Below are positions 1 through 10,114 of a DNA stretch of 64,000 nt, one piece after another (the first letter of the stretch is position 1; every line of letters begins with the position of its first letter). The notes under the pieces are model-generated. The model saw only the letters and a program-made list of their open reading frames with translations, made no database searches and was not told the origin of the DNA. The DNA is from Pseudomonadales bacterium (GTDB lineage: Bacteria; Pseudomonadota; Gammaproteobacteria; Pseudomonadales; Azotimanducaceae): contig CBDATJ010000002.1 in NCBI GenBank assembly GCA_965199895.1, positions 77,899 through 141,898 of the forward strand, given 5' to 3'. Both the position numbers and the translations under genes were made by a program.

Positions 1-658
1 AAACTTCGCCAGTTGTGTATGACATCACCATGCGTGATTGCAGTTTGAAGCTCAGGATAACCTGCGAGCAATACAGAAATTTGTTTGGTCAATTCTTTGA
101 GCGCGTTTCTGTCTATCTCAATAGTCATCTGCGGATCAAAGTACTGAAAGGTTTTATTTTCCTTACTGAAATCAGCTGACCGATCTAGACCTACTTGTTG
201 CTCCAAGACCATTTTCTGGCTGCCAGTGCACGGATTGCACTTTTATAAGCTTTGTCTGTAGCCATCCACAGAACACGACGTAGCTCTTCATAGGAGTCAG
301 TGATAGGGAGCGAATCACTTGTACTACCACCAGGACTATCCAAAAAGTTGGTGTTATCGGTCTCATGGTCGCCTACGCGGAGATTTACACTAAGGTAACG
401 TTGTCTACTGGAATTTGTATCCCCTGACTCTCCTAGTATTGAGTGCACTGTATATTTGCTTACATCACTGACTGCATACGAAAGAAAATAAGGTTTCGGT
501 TCGTCATCAATTTGAAGCTCTTCTAATGAACGATTCATTTCATCTTGCATCGCACTGAACAACACATCGTCATCAGACTGCTCTAGAGCGAAACACATAC
601 CATAGCTACTGAGAACGGCTAGGATGAGTAAAACAGTACAAATATCTATGAATTTCAA
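1..658 (-). pseudogene. PmbA/TldE-like secreted protein, second tandem paralog, frameshifted; 3' end runs off the window
   Basis: ORF 191..658 has a signal peptide and about 150 aa that align position for position with the N-terminus of the 784..2595 protein (QSDDDVLF.AMQDEMNR.LEEL, LRVGD..DNTNF, LPITDSY.ELRRV.WM.TD.AYKSA). The homology continues in another frame from 212 down to position 1 (MVLEQQVGLDRSADFSKE..LKELTKQIS..TAITHG versus TAMEQQVGLEERADDFSEE..LKELTNQIS..TAITKG). The frame switch lies in the T4 run at 212..215. Confidence 0.7.
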
Positions 659-783
659 ACTAATCTCTATTAATTAAGCTCAAACCAATCTATCGCGTGA
701 AATCCCTCTCTTCACCTTGAGTAGAGAATGTTTGTCAACTATTCGGGGTAGTTCGACGAGATTATTGCTCCCATGAAGTAGGT

Positions 784-2595
784 CTACGAACCTTCCTCAC
801 TCAATGGGTGCTCATATAAAGGTAGTCGTTGCTTGTTGGTCACAGCGTTCCGTAGAGTCATCTCTTCCACTAACAAGGAAGGAGTCACCACACTAATCAT
901 GGGTTCCCATAGATCCAGAAAGAGTAAGTCAGCACCGGACATACCACCACTAAACGTGCCACTCAATAAAGCACTGATATTCATAGTGGGGATGTTGTAA
1001 GCATTTGAAGTGTCAGAGACTGCCAAAATGTCTCGGAAATTACGTTCTACGAACTCTGAAATTGCTACTGGTTTAATCGGCACTTCTGTTCCATCTTCGT
1101 AAATCTTGTACACTGTAATAGCAGGCATGATGCTAACACCACCGCTCATCATGCTTTGCATCACGGACATCATGGCTGCTTCGTCTTGAACACTTTCTGC
1201 CATATTTGAGATTTTTTTGATCACGAGTGCGTAATCGAGTCCATTGTCTTTCGCTAGAGTGAGTAATTCCTCAATCAACTCCTCTCGGGACATAGACTCT
1301 TCTGCAGAAACAAACAGGTTTCCAGGCATCGGAGAACCCATGAATCGTTTACTACCCGTACTGTTTGGAAAATCTTTTACAGGTGAGCGGGTGGTCAGCA
1401 AAGCTTCCACTTTACCTTCTGTGATTAACTCTGTTCGTCTTGAAGGCATACCGTCTCGATCAACAATGTAGGCTCCTAATAATCGTGTGCCTTCAAATTC
1501 TTCAATCGTAGGATCGTTTACGACATTCATAAATCTGGGGAGTACTCTCACGCCAACCTTGTCGGTAAACGGAGTACCTCCGATGTTCATATTGCCTAGT
1601 GCACCAAATAAATCGTCGCCTGTAGAAGTGATTGGAGTCGGTGATGCGGCAAACTTAGAAGCTAACGCTTGGGTAATTAACTCTGCTGCAGCTTGATCTT
1701 CAAATAGCACGGGACCGACATAAGAATCAAGAGTTTCTGCGTCACGTAGTGCAAGCAATCGTTCAACAAGTTTTTCATGTTCTGAGTTGATTACGTTAAC
1801 ATTGGCAGCTAATTCCTCACAATCCTCAGCATAGAACGATGCAAACTCGTTCAAATTGGTGCCATCATCTGCTTCTGTGGATAGCTTGGTACGTACTAAA
1901 CACTCTTTAGATAGGACTCGGTGTTTATTTCCTTCTGAATCCAGGAATATCCTCCAGTGGTGGATCGCTATCCCTTTGGTAATTGCGGTCTTGAGCTTTG
2001 GTTGACCTGCAAGGGATGCTGATATTTGGTTAGTCAGTTCTTTGAGTACATCAGTCTGTATCCCAACATCTACTGAAGGTTCTAGATACTGAAAGGGGTC
2101 TTCTTCGCTAAAGTCATCTGCTCGTTCCTCCAGTCCCACCTGCTGTTCCATAGCCGTCTTCTTGGCAGCAAGCGCACTCACTGCACTCTTATATGCGTCG
2201 TCTGTAACCATCCACATGACACGACGTAACTCGTCGTAGGAATCAGTGATGGGCAAAAATCCTAGAGAAAAACCACCCGGAGTGTCGAAATTAGTGTTGT
2301 CGATTTGACGATCACCGACTCGTAAATTGACATCAAGCGTTCGTGATCTATTCGATGAGACATCTCCAGGAACACCAAGCAAAGAGTACACAGTCGAATG
2401 CAAAACATCGTTAACGGTATAGGACAGGAAGTAAGCTTTGGGTTCGTTCTCGAGTTTCAGCTCTTCCAATGTACGATTCATTTCATCCTGCATTGCAGTG
2501 AAGAGAACATCGTCATCGGATTGATCCTGTGCTAGAGCTGTGACAACGATACTAAGTATTACTAGAAGTACTAGTCCATGGCGTATATGAAACAT
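784..2595 (-). CDS. PmbA/TldE-like protein with signal peptide (TldD/PmbA peptidase family, non-catalytic partner type)
   Basis: 603-aa ORF with an N-terminal hydrophobic signal (LVLLVILSIVVTALA/QDQ). It has no HExxxH motif. It is a paralog of the neighbouring TldD-like gene and starts 12 nt after that gene ends. Confidence 0.7.
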   Translation of the reverse strand: MFHIRHGLVLLVILSIVVTALAQDQSDDDVLFTAMQDEMNRTLEELKLENEPKAYFLSYTVNDVLHSTVYSLLGVPGDVSSNRSRTLDVNLRVGDRQIDNTNFDTPGGFSLGFLPITDSYDELRRVMWMVTDDAYKSAVSALAAKKTAMEQQVGLEERADDFSEEDPFQYLEPSVDVGIQTDVLKELTNQISASLAGQPKLKTAITKGIAIHHWRIFLDSEGNKHRVLSKECLVRTKLSTEADDGTNLNEFASFYAEDCEELAANVNVINSEHEKLVERLLALRDAETLDSYVGPVLFEDQAAAELITQALASKFAASPTPITSTGDDLFGALGNMNIGGTPFTDKVGVRVLPRFMNVVNDPTIEEFEGTRLLGAYIVDRDGMPSRRTELITEGKVEALLTTRSPVKDFPNSTGSKRFMGSPMPGNLFVSAEESMSREELIEELLTLAKDNGLDYALVIKKISNMAESVQDEAAMMSVMQSMMSGGVSIMPAITVYKIYEDGTEVPIKPVAISEFVERNFRDILAVSDTSNAYNIPTMNISALLSGTFSGGMSGADLLFLDLWEPMISVVTPSLLVEEMTLRNAVTNKQRLPLYEHPLSEEGS

Positions 2596-2606
2596 ATCAA
2601 TGGCTC

Positions 2607-4337
2607 CTAGTTTTGCCTGATACTTTGATCGGGCGGTGTAGTGACCGGTGATGGCAGTATCGGTGGAATATCAGTTGAGGCAAATGCCTTCTGGACTTCG
2701 ATCATAGATACCAAAATCGAAGGTGAAATGGTTGAGACAGGCACCCATCCTGATTCCGCACCACACATTCCATTAAAAACTTCAAAGTCATCTGCACCCT
2801 GTTCGATGCGACTAAAAGTAGTTAATGGTGTACCAATTAAATCAACGCCTCGAACTACCTCTTTAGTTCCATCCGTGTAGACCCTGTAGACCAAGACTGG
2901 ACTGACATTGAACGCATTGGGCATGAATCGACCAGTGGTAGTAAACCCGCCTTGAATGTCGTCGAAGATAAGTCCAAAAGGTTTATCTTGTTCTGCCATT
3001 CGAGCAATAAACAACTCCATTAGTTCATCGTACGACACTGGATCTTCAACTTCTACAAACATGTTGGATTGGCGTGAAACAACGGTGTTCCCGGGTTCTT
3101 TCCTGCCATGACCGTTAGACTCTGGAAAACCTGCAATGGGAGCTCTAGTAGTCAAAAATCTTTTGAGTGTTCCGTTTTCAATGATGACGACACGGCGACC
3201 TTTCACACCTTGGTTGTCAAACTCATAGTCTCCGATTAACTGATGATCACCAAATTTGTCCACAGTTGGATCGAAAATGACGGAGAAATTTGTTGGAAGT
3301 ACTTGCTCTCCTACATATGCCTTGAAAGTTTGTCCTTCCATGACATCTTTATTTCGGTGAGACTCTAAACGATGGCCCAAGATTTCATGGAAGAAAACTC
3401 CAGAAGCACGTCCTGACAAGATTGCAGGTCCGGTGTAAGGTTCTACCAACGGAGCGTCTTTCAGAGCTTTCAAATCCACAATCAACCTCTCGACATCTGT
3501 CATGACTTGAGCGTCATCGAATAACTCTTCTTGAGAATTAGCTTCATATGTGAGAGTTTTACTTAATACCATGCCATCGTCAGCTTTGGATGTAGCGTTA
3601 ATGATCAAACGGAAAAATGGTCGTGATTGCTTAATCCGAGTTCCTTCCGTGTTCACAAACCAATTAGTCTCAACTCTACCAGACACACTGCTATTATTGT
3701 CGACTATGTACTCTACGTCAGCAAACGGTTTGGTGTACTCAGCAATCTTGTTTTTGAATAAGTCTGAATCTGCCACCAAATCGATTTGTGATTCAACATA
3801 TTCTTCAACGGGAGCCGCCGAAAAATCACCAGATTTATCTTCCTGTTCAACCTGCGACTGTACCGCGTTCTTCACAGAAGTAAATGCTTGGACTGCAGAT
3901 TTGTACGCGGCATCGGTTTGTCTCCACAATAGGGTTTTGAGTGCTTCAGAGTCAACAGTAGGAATTCCAGTAGCTTCCATCATCATTCCTCCTAAGCCTA
4001 AGCCAAACCCACCCATCCCAACAGACCGTGTGTTGTCGAGTTGATAATCACCTATCCTCAAATCAATATCTAGCTGTGAAGTTTCAGACTCATCAAAGTC
4101 CAAAATGGCTCCAAAACCACCATTGACCGAGATGGACGATTCATGGGTGATTTCGTAGCTAATGTAGTACGGAGGTTCAGTTTGTTCCTGAAGAGCTTCA
4201 AAGGCACGATTGACTTCAGTCTGCATTGCATCCAAGACTTCCTCTTGCTCTGCAAAGATAGTCGTTGTCCAGACCAATGTAGAGCTCAATAATGCAGTAG
4301 CAGTTGCTGAAACGAAACAAGGTTGATTTGATTTCAT
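2607..4337 (-). CDS. TldD-like zinc metallopeptidase with signal peptide
   Basis: Contains the HEILGHRLE (HExxxH) motif and the C-terminal NGMCGAESGWVPVS motif typical of TldD. A signal-peptide-like N-terminus starts at Met 4337 (MKSNQPCFVSATATALLSSTLVWTTTIFA). The ORF stays open up to GTG 4379, so the start is uncertain. Confidence 0.75.
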   Translation of the reverse strand: MKSNQPCFVSATATALLSSTLVWTTTIFAEQEEVLDAMQTEVNRAFEALQEQTEPPYYISYEITHESSISVNGGFGAILDFDESETSQLDIDLRIGDYQLDNTRSVGMGGFGLGLGGMMMEATGIPTVDSEALKTLLWRQTDAAYKSAVQAFTSVKNAVQSQVEQEDKSGDFSAAPVEEYVESQIDLVADSDLFKNKIAEYTKPFADVEYIVDNNSSVSGRVETNWFVNTEGTRIKQSRPFFRLIINATSKADDGMVLSKTLTYEANSQEELFDDAQVMTDVERLIVDLKALKDAPLVEPYTGPAILSGRASGVFFHEILGHRLESHRNKDVMEGQTFKAYVGEQVLPTNFSVIFDPTVDKFGDHQLIGDYEFDNQGVKGRRVVIIENGTLKRFLTTRAPIAGFPESNGHGRKEPGNTVVSRQSNMFVEVEDPVSYDELMELFIARMAEQDKPFGLIFDDIQGGFTTTGRFMPNAFNVSPVLVYRVYTDGTKEVVRGVDLIGTPLTTFSRIEQGADDFEVFNGMCGAESGWVPVSTISPSILVSMIEVQKAFASTDIPPILPSPVTTPPDQSIRQN

Positions 4338-4567
4338 TGATACTAATCCAAACTCCATGAGAGAGTTGCGTGTGATCACTAATTTTATTGATTGATAAGG
4401 GAGGTTACCCTCGGTAGTGAATGAAAAATTGGAGTGTCATCAAGGTTAATCACTCAGCTTTTCACTTCTGATTGACTGTGAAATCACCTACTTCTAGACG
4501 TGAAAAAACATGTGTGTCTAATATGCAGTTTGATTATGAATCCCGCAAATAAGCCTTAAACAACCCC

Positions 4568-6481
4568 ATGAAACCACTCTGGCAACCTTCGGAAGCGCTC
4601 CTCCAATCGTGCAATCTCACTCGCTTTGCACATCAGTTTGGATTTAACCCTCCTGACTACCATCAACTGCATCAGTGGTCAATTCACAATCGGGAAGAAT
4701 TTTGGTCTGGGGTCTGGGAGTTCACCGACATCGTCGGCGAACAAGGTGATACTGTTTTGCTAGAGGGAAATTCCTTCATTGAGGATCAGTGGTTCCCGCA
4801 GGCACGATTGAACTTTGCAGAAAATCTTCTTCGAGGTGACCGTGATTCCATCGCTATCGTTGAGGTTTTGGAATCCGGTCAACGTCAACACATTTCTCAT
4901 GGTGAGCTCAGGCGAAAAGTCTCTCAATTTGCTTCAGCGTTAACTCAAATGGGAGTTAAACCCCTCGACAGAGTCGCTGCGTATCTACCCAATGTGGCTG
5001 AAACCGTAATAGCAATGCTGGCAACCGCTCGGATTGGTGCAGTTTGGTCGTCGTGCTCTCCAGACTTTGGTTTCAATGGTGCGATGGATCGATTTGGTCA
5101 AATTAACCCCAAAGTACTCATTGGATGTGATGGATACTTCTACAACGGCAAATCTTACGACGTTTCTGCAAATTTGAACCAACTCGCACATCAAATCGAT
5201 AGTGTCGAGTATTTGATTCAGCTGAATCTTTTGTCCTATGCCGAAGACGATTTTTCAAAGATTTTTTCCCAAGACATAGACGAAGACTATCAATTCACAC
5301 GCTTTGAGTTCAACCATCCACTCTACATCATGTATTCCTCGGGAACAACTGGTAAACCCAAGTGCATCGTGCATGGAGCCGGTGGAACGCTAATCCAACA
5401 CCTCAAAGAACATCAGTTTCACGTCAATCTCACATCAGAATCACGATTGTTTTTCTTTACCACTTGTGGTTGGATGATGTGGAATTGGTTAGTCTCGGCT
5501 CTTGCCTGTCGCGCGACCATCGTACTCTACGATGGATCTCCGTTTTGGCCCATGCCATCGCATCTCTATGACCTGATTGATATTGAAGCCGTGACTGATT
5601 TTGGTGCAGGCGCAAAGTACTTCTCAGGTGTAGAAAAAGCAGGTTTAAAACCCTCTCAAACTCACGATTTATCTTCAGTCAAGACCTTTCAATCGACCGG
5701 GTCCCCACTTGCACCTGAATCTTTTGACTATATCTACCAAAATATTAAATCTTCCATACAAGTCTCTTCTATTTCAGGAGGAACTGACCTTATTTCTTGT
5801 TTTGCTTTGGGAGTTCCTTGGTTACCGGTGTATCGAGGACAGCTGCAAACCCTTGGTCTGGGGATGGCAGTAGAGATTCATGATGAGTTGGGAAATTCAG
5901 TGACTGCATCCAAGGGAGAGTTGGTTTGCACTAAATCTTTTCCATCCAAGCCACTGAAGTTCTGGAATGACCCGAATGATGTGAAATATTTTTCAGCATA
6001 TTTCGAGAAAAACCAAGCAATATGGTCACACGGTGACTTTGCAGAAATAGATCCCGACACCCGAGGTATGATCATTCATGGTAGAAGCGATGCAGTGTTA
6101 AATCCTGGAGGTGTCCGTATTGGAACTGCAGAAATCTATCGTCAAGTCGAATCATTGGAAGAAATCAAGGAGGCACTGTGTGTGGGTCAATCTTGGGATA
6201 ACGATGAAAGGGTGATACTGTTTGTTGTCATGACTGACAATGTTGAGTTTAACCAGGCACTAGTAGATCGTATTAAAGTTCGTATCCGTAAATTCGCATC
6301 TCCACGACATGTTCCATCGAAGATTATTCCAGTATCTCAAATTCCACAAACGCGATCCGGAAAAATCGCTGAGCTAGCAGTTCGAAACATAGTCAATGGA
6401 AACGAAGTGAATGTTAATACAGCATTGCAAAATCCGGAGAGTCTGACTGAATTTAAAGATCTTCCAGAATTGAGCAATTAA
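4568..6481 (+). CDS. acetoacetyl-CoA synthetase (acetoacetate-CoA ligase)
   Basis: 637 aa with the AMP-binding motif YSSGTTGKPKCIVH. The N-terminus (PLWQPS...L..F...) and overall length are typical of acetoacetate-CoA ligases. Confidence 0.8.
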   Translation: MKPLWQPSEALLQSCNLTRFAHQFGFNPPDYHQLHQWSIHNREEFWSGVWEFTDIVGEQGDTVLLEGNSFIEDQWFPQARLNFAENLLRGDRDSIAIVEVLESGQRQHISHGELRRKVSQFASALTQMGVKPLDRVAAYLPNVAETVIAMLATARIGAVWSSCSPDFGFNGAMDRFGQINPKVLIGCDGYFYNGKSYDVSANLNQLAHQIDSVEYLIQLNLLSYAEDDFSKIFSQDIDEDYQFTRFEFNHPLYIMYSSGTTGKPKCIVHGAGGTLIQHLKEHQFHVNLTSESRLFFFTTCGWMMWNWLVSALACRATIVLYDGSPFWPMPSHLYDLIDIEAVTDFGAGAKYFSGVEKAGLKPSQTHDLSSVKTFQSTGSPLAPESFDYIYQNIKSSIQVSSISGGTDLISCFALGVPWLPVYRGQLQTLGLGMAVEIHDELGNSVTASKGELVCTKSFPSKPLKFWNDPNDVKYFSAYFEKNQAIWSHGDFAEIDPDTRGMIIHGRSDAVLNPGGVRIGTAEIYRQVESLEEIKEALCVGQSWDNDERVILFVVMTDNVEFNQALVDRIKVRIRKFASPRHVPSKIIPVSQIPQTRSGKIAELAVRNIVNGNEVNVNTALQNPESLTEFKDLPELSN

Positions 6482-6522
6482 GTGTTTCATGACAGTAGAA
6501 TTTTTGAGTCTCTGATTCGGAA

Positions 6523-7767
6523 TCAGTTTTCGAGGGTTTCTACCTCGTAGCCGTGTTCTCTGAGTTCGTGTACCACGAGATCGGCTTGTTCTTCACCACA
6601 CAACTGGAGCAGAATATCTAGAGGTTGAGCTCCAATCGTACTGGTATGCATCGTGCGAAGATGATTGATATCAACTATGTTGCTATCCAATTTACCAAGA
6701 TATTCCGCAAGTTTCCCAAGAGCTCCGGGTACATCAGCAATGTACACCCGGATGCGAACCAGTCTTTTTGTGCGAACTAATCCTCGTTGTAGAACATTCG
6801 CTAAGACCATCATTTCGATATTTCCACCGGTTATCAGCACTGCAGTTCTCCCCTTTACCAGGTGAGCATGGCTCATAACCGCTGCTAGTGAGGCTGCCCC
6901 TGCACCTTCAGAGACTGTCTTTTCAATTTCGAGTAAAGTGAAAACAGCTGCTTCAATCTGTTGTTCACTGACCTCCACTACTTCATCGACTAAATTCATC
7001 ATCATAGGACCGGTGGTATCTCCTGGGCGTTTGACTGCAATTCCTTCAGCGATAGTGGCTGCTGTGGGTTTTTCTGTTGGAGACACGTTGTGAAACATTG
7101 CATACGCAGTGTTGAAGGTATTGACTTGTACACCGATGACTTTGACTTTGGGTTTGACCTGTTTGAAGGCTGATGCGACACCCGAAATCAATCCTCCACC
7201 GCCAATGGGAACAATCACTGTCTCAATAGTAGGATCTTGTTGCAACATCTCTAAACCCAGAGTTCCTTGTCCAGCGATGATGTCGAGATCATCAAATGGA
7301 TGAATGAGTGTTTTCTGTTGTTCCTTCGATAACCCTATTGCATAAGCCATAGAGTCATCAAATTTCTCACCTTGAAGGATGACTTCTGCACCAAAGATTC
7401 TTGTGTTTTCGACTTTAGTGTTAGGGGTGTATTTTGGCATCACCACCTGGGTAGGTATACCGAGTAATGACCCGTGTCGTGCTAAAGCTTGAGAGTGATT
7501 TCCGGCAGATGCTGCGACCACACCTCTTTGGCACTCTTCCTTACTTAGTTGAAGAAGTTTGTTGACCGCCCCCCGTTCTTTGAATGAAGCTGTGAACTGC
7601 TGATTTTCAAACTTCAATGTCAGATCACAACCAGTCAAAGCTGATAGTGTTTCGGAACGCGCTAACGGAGTAAGCAAGACATGGTTCTTAATTCGAGATC
7701 GAGCTTTCTCAATCTGTTGCAGTGATATCTCCAAAGTTGTTTGTGCTACGGAGTTCTGAGAGTGCAC
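6523..7767 (-). CDS. ilvA: threonine ammonia-lyase (threonine dehydratase) with C-terminal ACT-like domain
   Basis: Shows the PLP-lysine motif SFKERGA, the glycine loop PIGGGGLISG, and a roughly 80-aa C-terminal regulatory domain. Confidence 0.8.
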   Translation of the reverse strand: MHSQNSVAQTTLEISLQQIEKARSRIKNHVLLTPLARSETLSALTGCDLTLKFENQQFTASFKERGAVNKLLQLSKEECQRGVVAASAGNHSQALARHGSLLGIPTQVVMPKYTPNTKVENTRIFGAEVILQGEKFDDSMAYAIGLSKEQQKTLIHPFDDLDIIAGQGTLGLEMLQQDPTIETVIVPIGGGGLISGVASAFKQVKPKVKVIGVQVNTFNTAYAMFHNVSPTEKPTAATIAEGIAVKRPGDTTGPMMMNLVDEVVEVSEQQIEAAVFTLLEIEKTVSEGAGAASLAAVMSHAHLVKGRTAVLITGGNIEMMVLANVLQRGLVRTKRLVRIRVYIADVPGALGKLAEYLGKLDSNIVDINHLRTMHTSTIGAQPLDILLQLCGEEQADLVVHELREHGYEVETLEN

Positions 7768-7770
7768 CTC

Positions 7771-8934
7771 TTACTCTCCGCGTAACCCGCGGGTTACCGG
7801 CATCAATGCAGCTCGAATTGCTGGAAATAACCCTCCAATCATTCCAAGGACTAAACTGACGATTACTCCCAAGATCACTAGCTCTGATGTGACCATAAAT
7901 TCAAAAGCAACTTGAGTGAAAGTACTAGAGTGAAGGGTTGAGACCGTATATTGGTTGAATGCAACAAAAGCTACTGCTGCACCAATTAACCCACCTATCA
8001 ATGCAAGCAGTAGAGATTCGACCATCACAGAAACCACAACCGACCCCCCACCAAATCCCATTGCACGAAGAGTAGCGATTTCAAAAGTTCGTGATGCGAC
8101 CGCTGCGTACATGGTGTTGAGAGCTGCAAACACAGCTCCGATGCTCATGATGACAGCAACGATGGTTCCAAAGATTTGAATGATCTGTGTTCCTGCTGTA
8201 GCCTCTCGCTCATACCATTCTTTTTCACTGACCATATTGACTTGCATGCGTGGATCAGACTCTATCGCTTCATCAATCTCATCGAATAACTCGGGATCTT
8301 CTAATTGCACCCGAACTACCGAGACACCTCCCTCGAATCGAAAGGCAGATTGAGAGTTAGTGAGATCCGTCCAAATCTCTGATTCCACTGCAGCACCATC
8401 ACATTCAAAAACTCCGACAACAGTCCAAACAAACTCTCGAATGTTGATTTGATCACCAATCTCTAAGCCCTCAAATTCTTGCTGAGCACGAGTACCTACT
8501 GTGATTTCATTGACTCCGGGGTTGAACATTCGCCCTTCGATAATCGTGAGTTCAGGCCTAATCTCAAACGATGCTTCAGTGACACCGCGTACCGCGAGAT
8601 TTGATGGCGTTCCCGTTGCTTTTTTAGGTATGTCTGCTGTCAAATAAAGCTCAGGGGCGACTATCGACAAACCTTCAACTGTACCCACTATATTGGCATC
8701 ATTGATGCTCAGATTGCTGGAGAGCTCTGCTTCCGCTCCAGTACGTACGATTATCGCACGATCATCTTCTGTGGAACGATTAAAAACAGACGACATTCCC
8801 GATGACATCGACAGAATCGAGACTAAGACTCCTACGACTCCTGCAATACCCACCACGATGACAATGGAGCTACTCCATCGAGAGGGAATACTCAAAATGT
8901 TCATTCGAGTGACTTCAAGAATCTGCTTGATCAT
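7771..8934 (-). CDS. ABC transporter permease, FtsX/MacB type
   Basis: 387 aa with an N-terminal TM helix, a large periplasmic domain and a C-terminal three-TM FtsX domain. It is the last gene of the HlyD-ABC operon. Confidence 0.8.
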   Translation of the reverse strand: MIKQILEVTRMNILSIPSRWSSSIVIVVGIAGVVGVLVSILSMSSGMSSVFNRSTEDDRAIIVRTGAEAELSSNLSINDANIVGTVEGLSIVAPELYLTADIPKKATGTPSNLAVRGVTEASFEIRPELTIIEGRMFNPGVNEITVGTRAQQEFEGLEIGDQINIREFVWTVVGVFECDGAAVESEIWTDLTNSQSAFRFEGGVSVVRVQLEDPELFDEIDEAIESDPRMQVNMVSEKEWYEREATAGTQIIQIFGTIVAVIMSIGAVFAALNTMYAAVASRTFEIATLRAMGFGGGSVVVSVMVESLLLALIGGLIGAAVAFVAFNQYTVSTLHSSTFTQVAFEFMVTSELVILGVIVSLVLGMIGGLFPAIRAALMPVTRGLRGE

Positions 8935-8967
8935 GTTATCTGGCTACTCCTGAGAAGTACTCAAAAT

Positions 8968-10114
8968 CTAGTGCGCTCTGAGTGCAGCAACTATCGTCAA
9001 CCGATGAGCACTAATTGCTGGAATTACCGAGACTAACAGACCCAGAATCACAGCAATTGCTGCACCTAACAATACTGTATCTATTTTGAAACTGGTGAAA
9101 ACTCCAGTGTTATCAGCATCTACTATCGATACACCTAGAGAACCTATACTTAATCCAATTATCGCTCCGATACCACAGACCATCAGCCCTTCACAAATCA
9201 CAAAAAAGGTGAGCTTTCCATCTGAAAACCCCATCGTCTTGAGCGCACCAATCTCTGACACTCTCTTACGATAACTGTAAAGCATAGTGTTCAACGCTAA
9301 CAGAATCATAGTGAAAAACATCGCAACCAATATTCCCGTAGTCATCAGACTGATGTCACCATATTGCGACAGGAACTGAAGCATGTACTCAGACTCAGTC
9401 ATAGTCTTGGTAGCATTTGCGGTATTCTCAAATTTTTTATCTATCTCAATGGCAATCTCACCAGATCGCTCTGGATCGTCTATTGAAAATGTATACCAAC
9501 CCACCGCACCTAAATCCATGGTTTCGTTGAGATAGTCATAGTGGAACAGGAAAGACAACCAAGAATCTGCTCCACCTTCCTCGGTTTGATAGGTACCTAC
9601 AAGTTCAAAAGACCACGGTTCTCCTGACGGATTAGGAAAATATCGGGCTAATACACGAGATTTTCTGTCCGATCTCCCAATCGTATCTGTCGATCATACT
9701 CTGTGGTGCAAGAGCGGCTGTTCTGGTATCCTTAAATGCTTGAAGTTGATCCGGATCAATGGAATAGATTTCGTAAACCTCAAAATAGGTTTCGTGATCG
9801 ACTGCGAAAGTTGCAACTTGTGTGTCTCCTTCCCTAAACACGCCTCCAAACCAGGATGCGTGAGTTACTTTAGAGACTCCTTCCACTGCTGCAATATCAT
9901 TTCCGTGACTGTAGGGAAGTAGTTGAATCATTGAGTACTTGGCGGTGCTTTGAAGTCGCGTTGCACCCGAGATTTCCACTCCCTCCTCAAAGACAACAGC
10001 CACGGAACGCAAAAAGACCAAGAGTATGAAAGCTATTGCTAACGCTGAAATCGTCAAAGTCACACTCAGCTTGTGTCGGAACATGGTGCGTATCAGAAAA
10101 CCGAATATACTCAC
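8968..10114 (-). pseudogene. ABC transporter permease, FtsX/MacB type, split by one frameshift
   Basis: ORF 9632..10114 carries TM1 and the periplasmic domain. ORF 8968..9558 carries the FtsX TM domain. The downstream frame stays open and protein-like back to about 9670 (DRKSRVLARYFPNPSGEPWSFELVGTYQ). The total span is 1147 nt, which is 3n+1. The GTG start at 10114 overlaps the ATPase stop as GTGA. Confidence 0.7.

Noticed and set aside
3550-4044. Long antisense or alternate-frame ORFs inside well-supported genes (3550..4044, 13127..13624, 22819..23367, 29818..30243, 38823..39290, 46820..47272, 10475..10798)
   Set aside because: Each is fully embedded in a gene with strong family motifs on the other strand or frame. 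The translations are low-complexity or Ser/Cys/Arg-rich and have no recognisable motifs.
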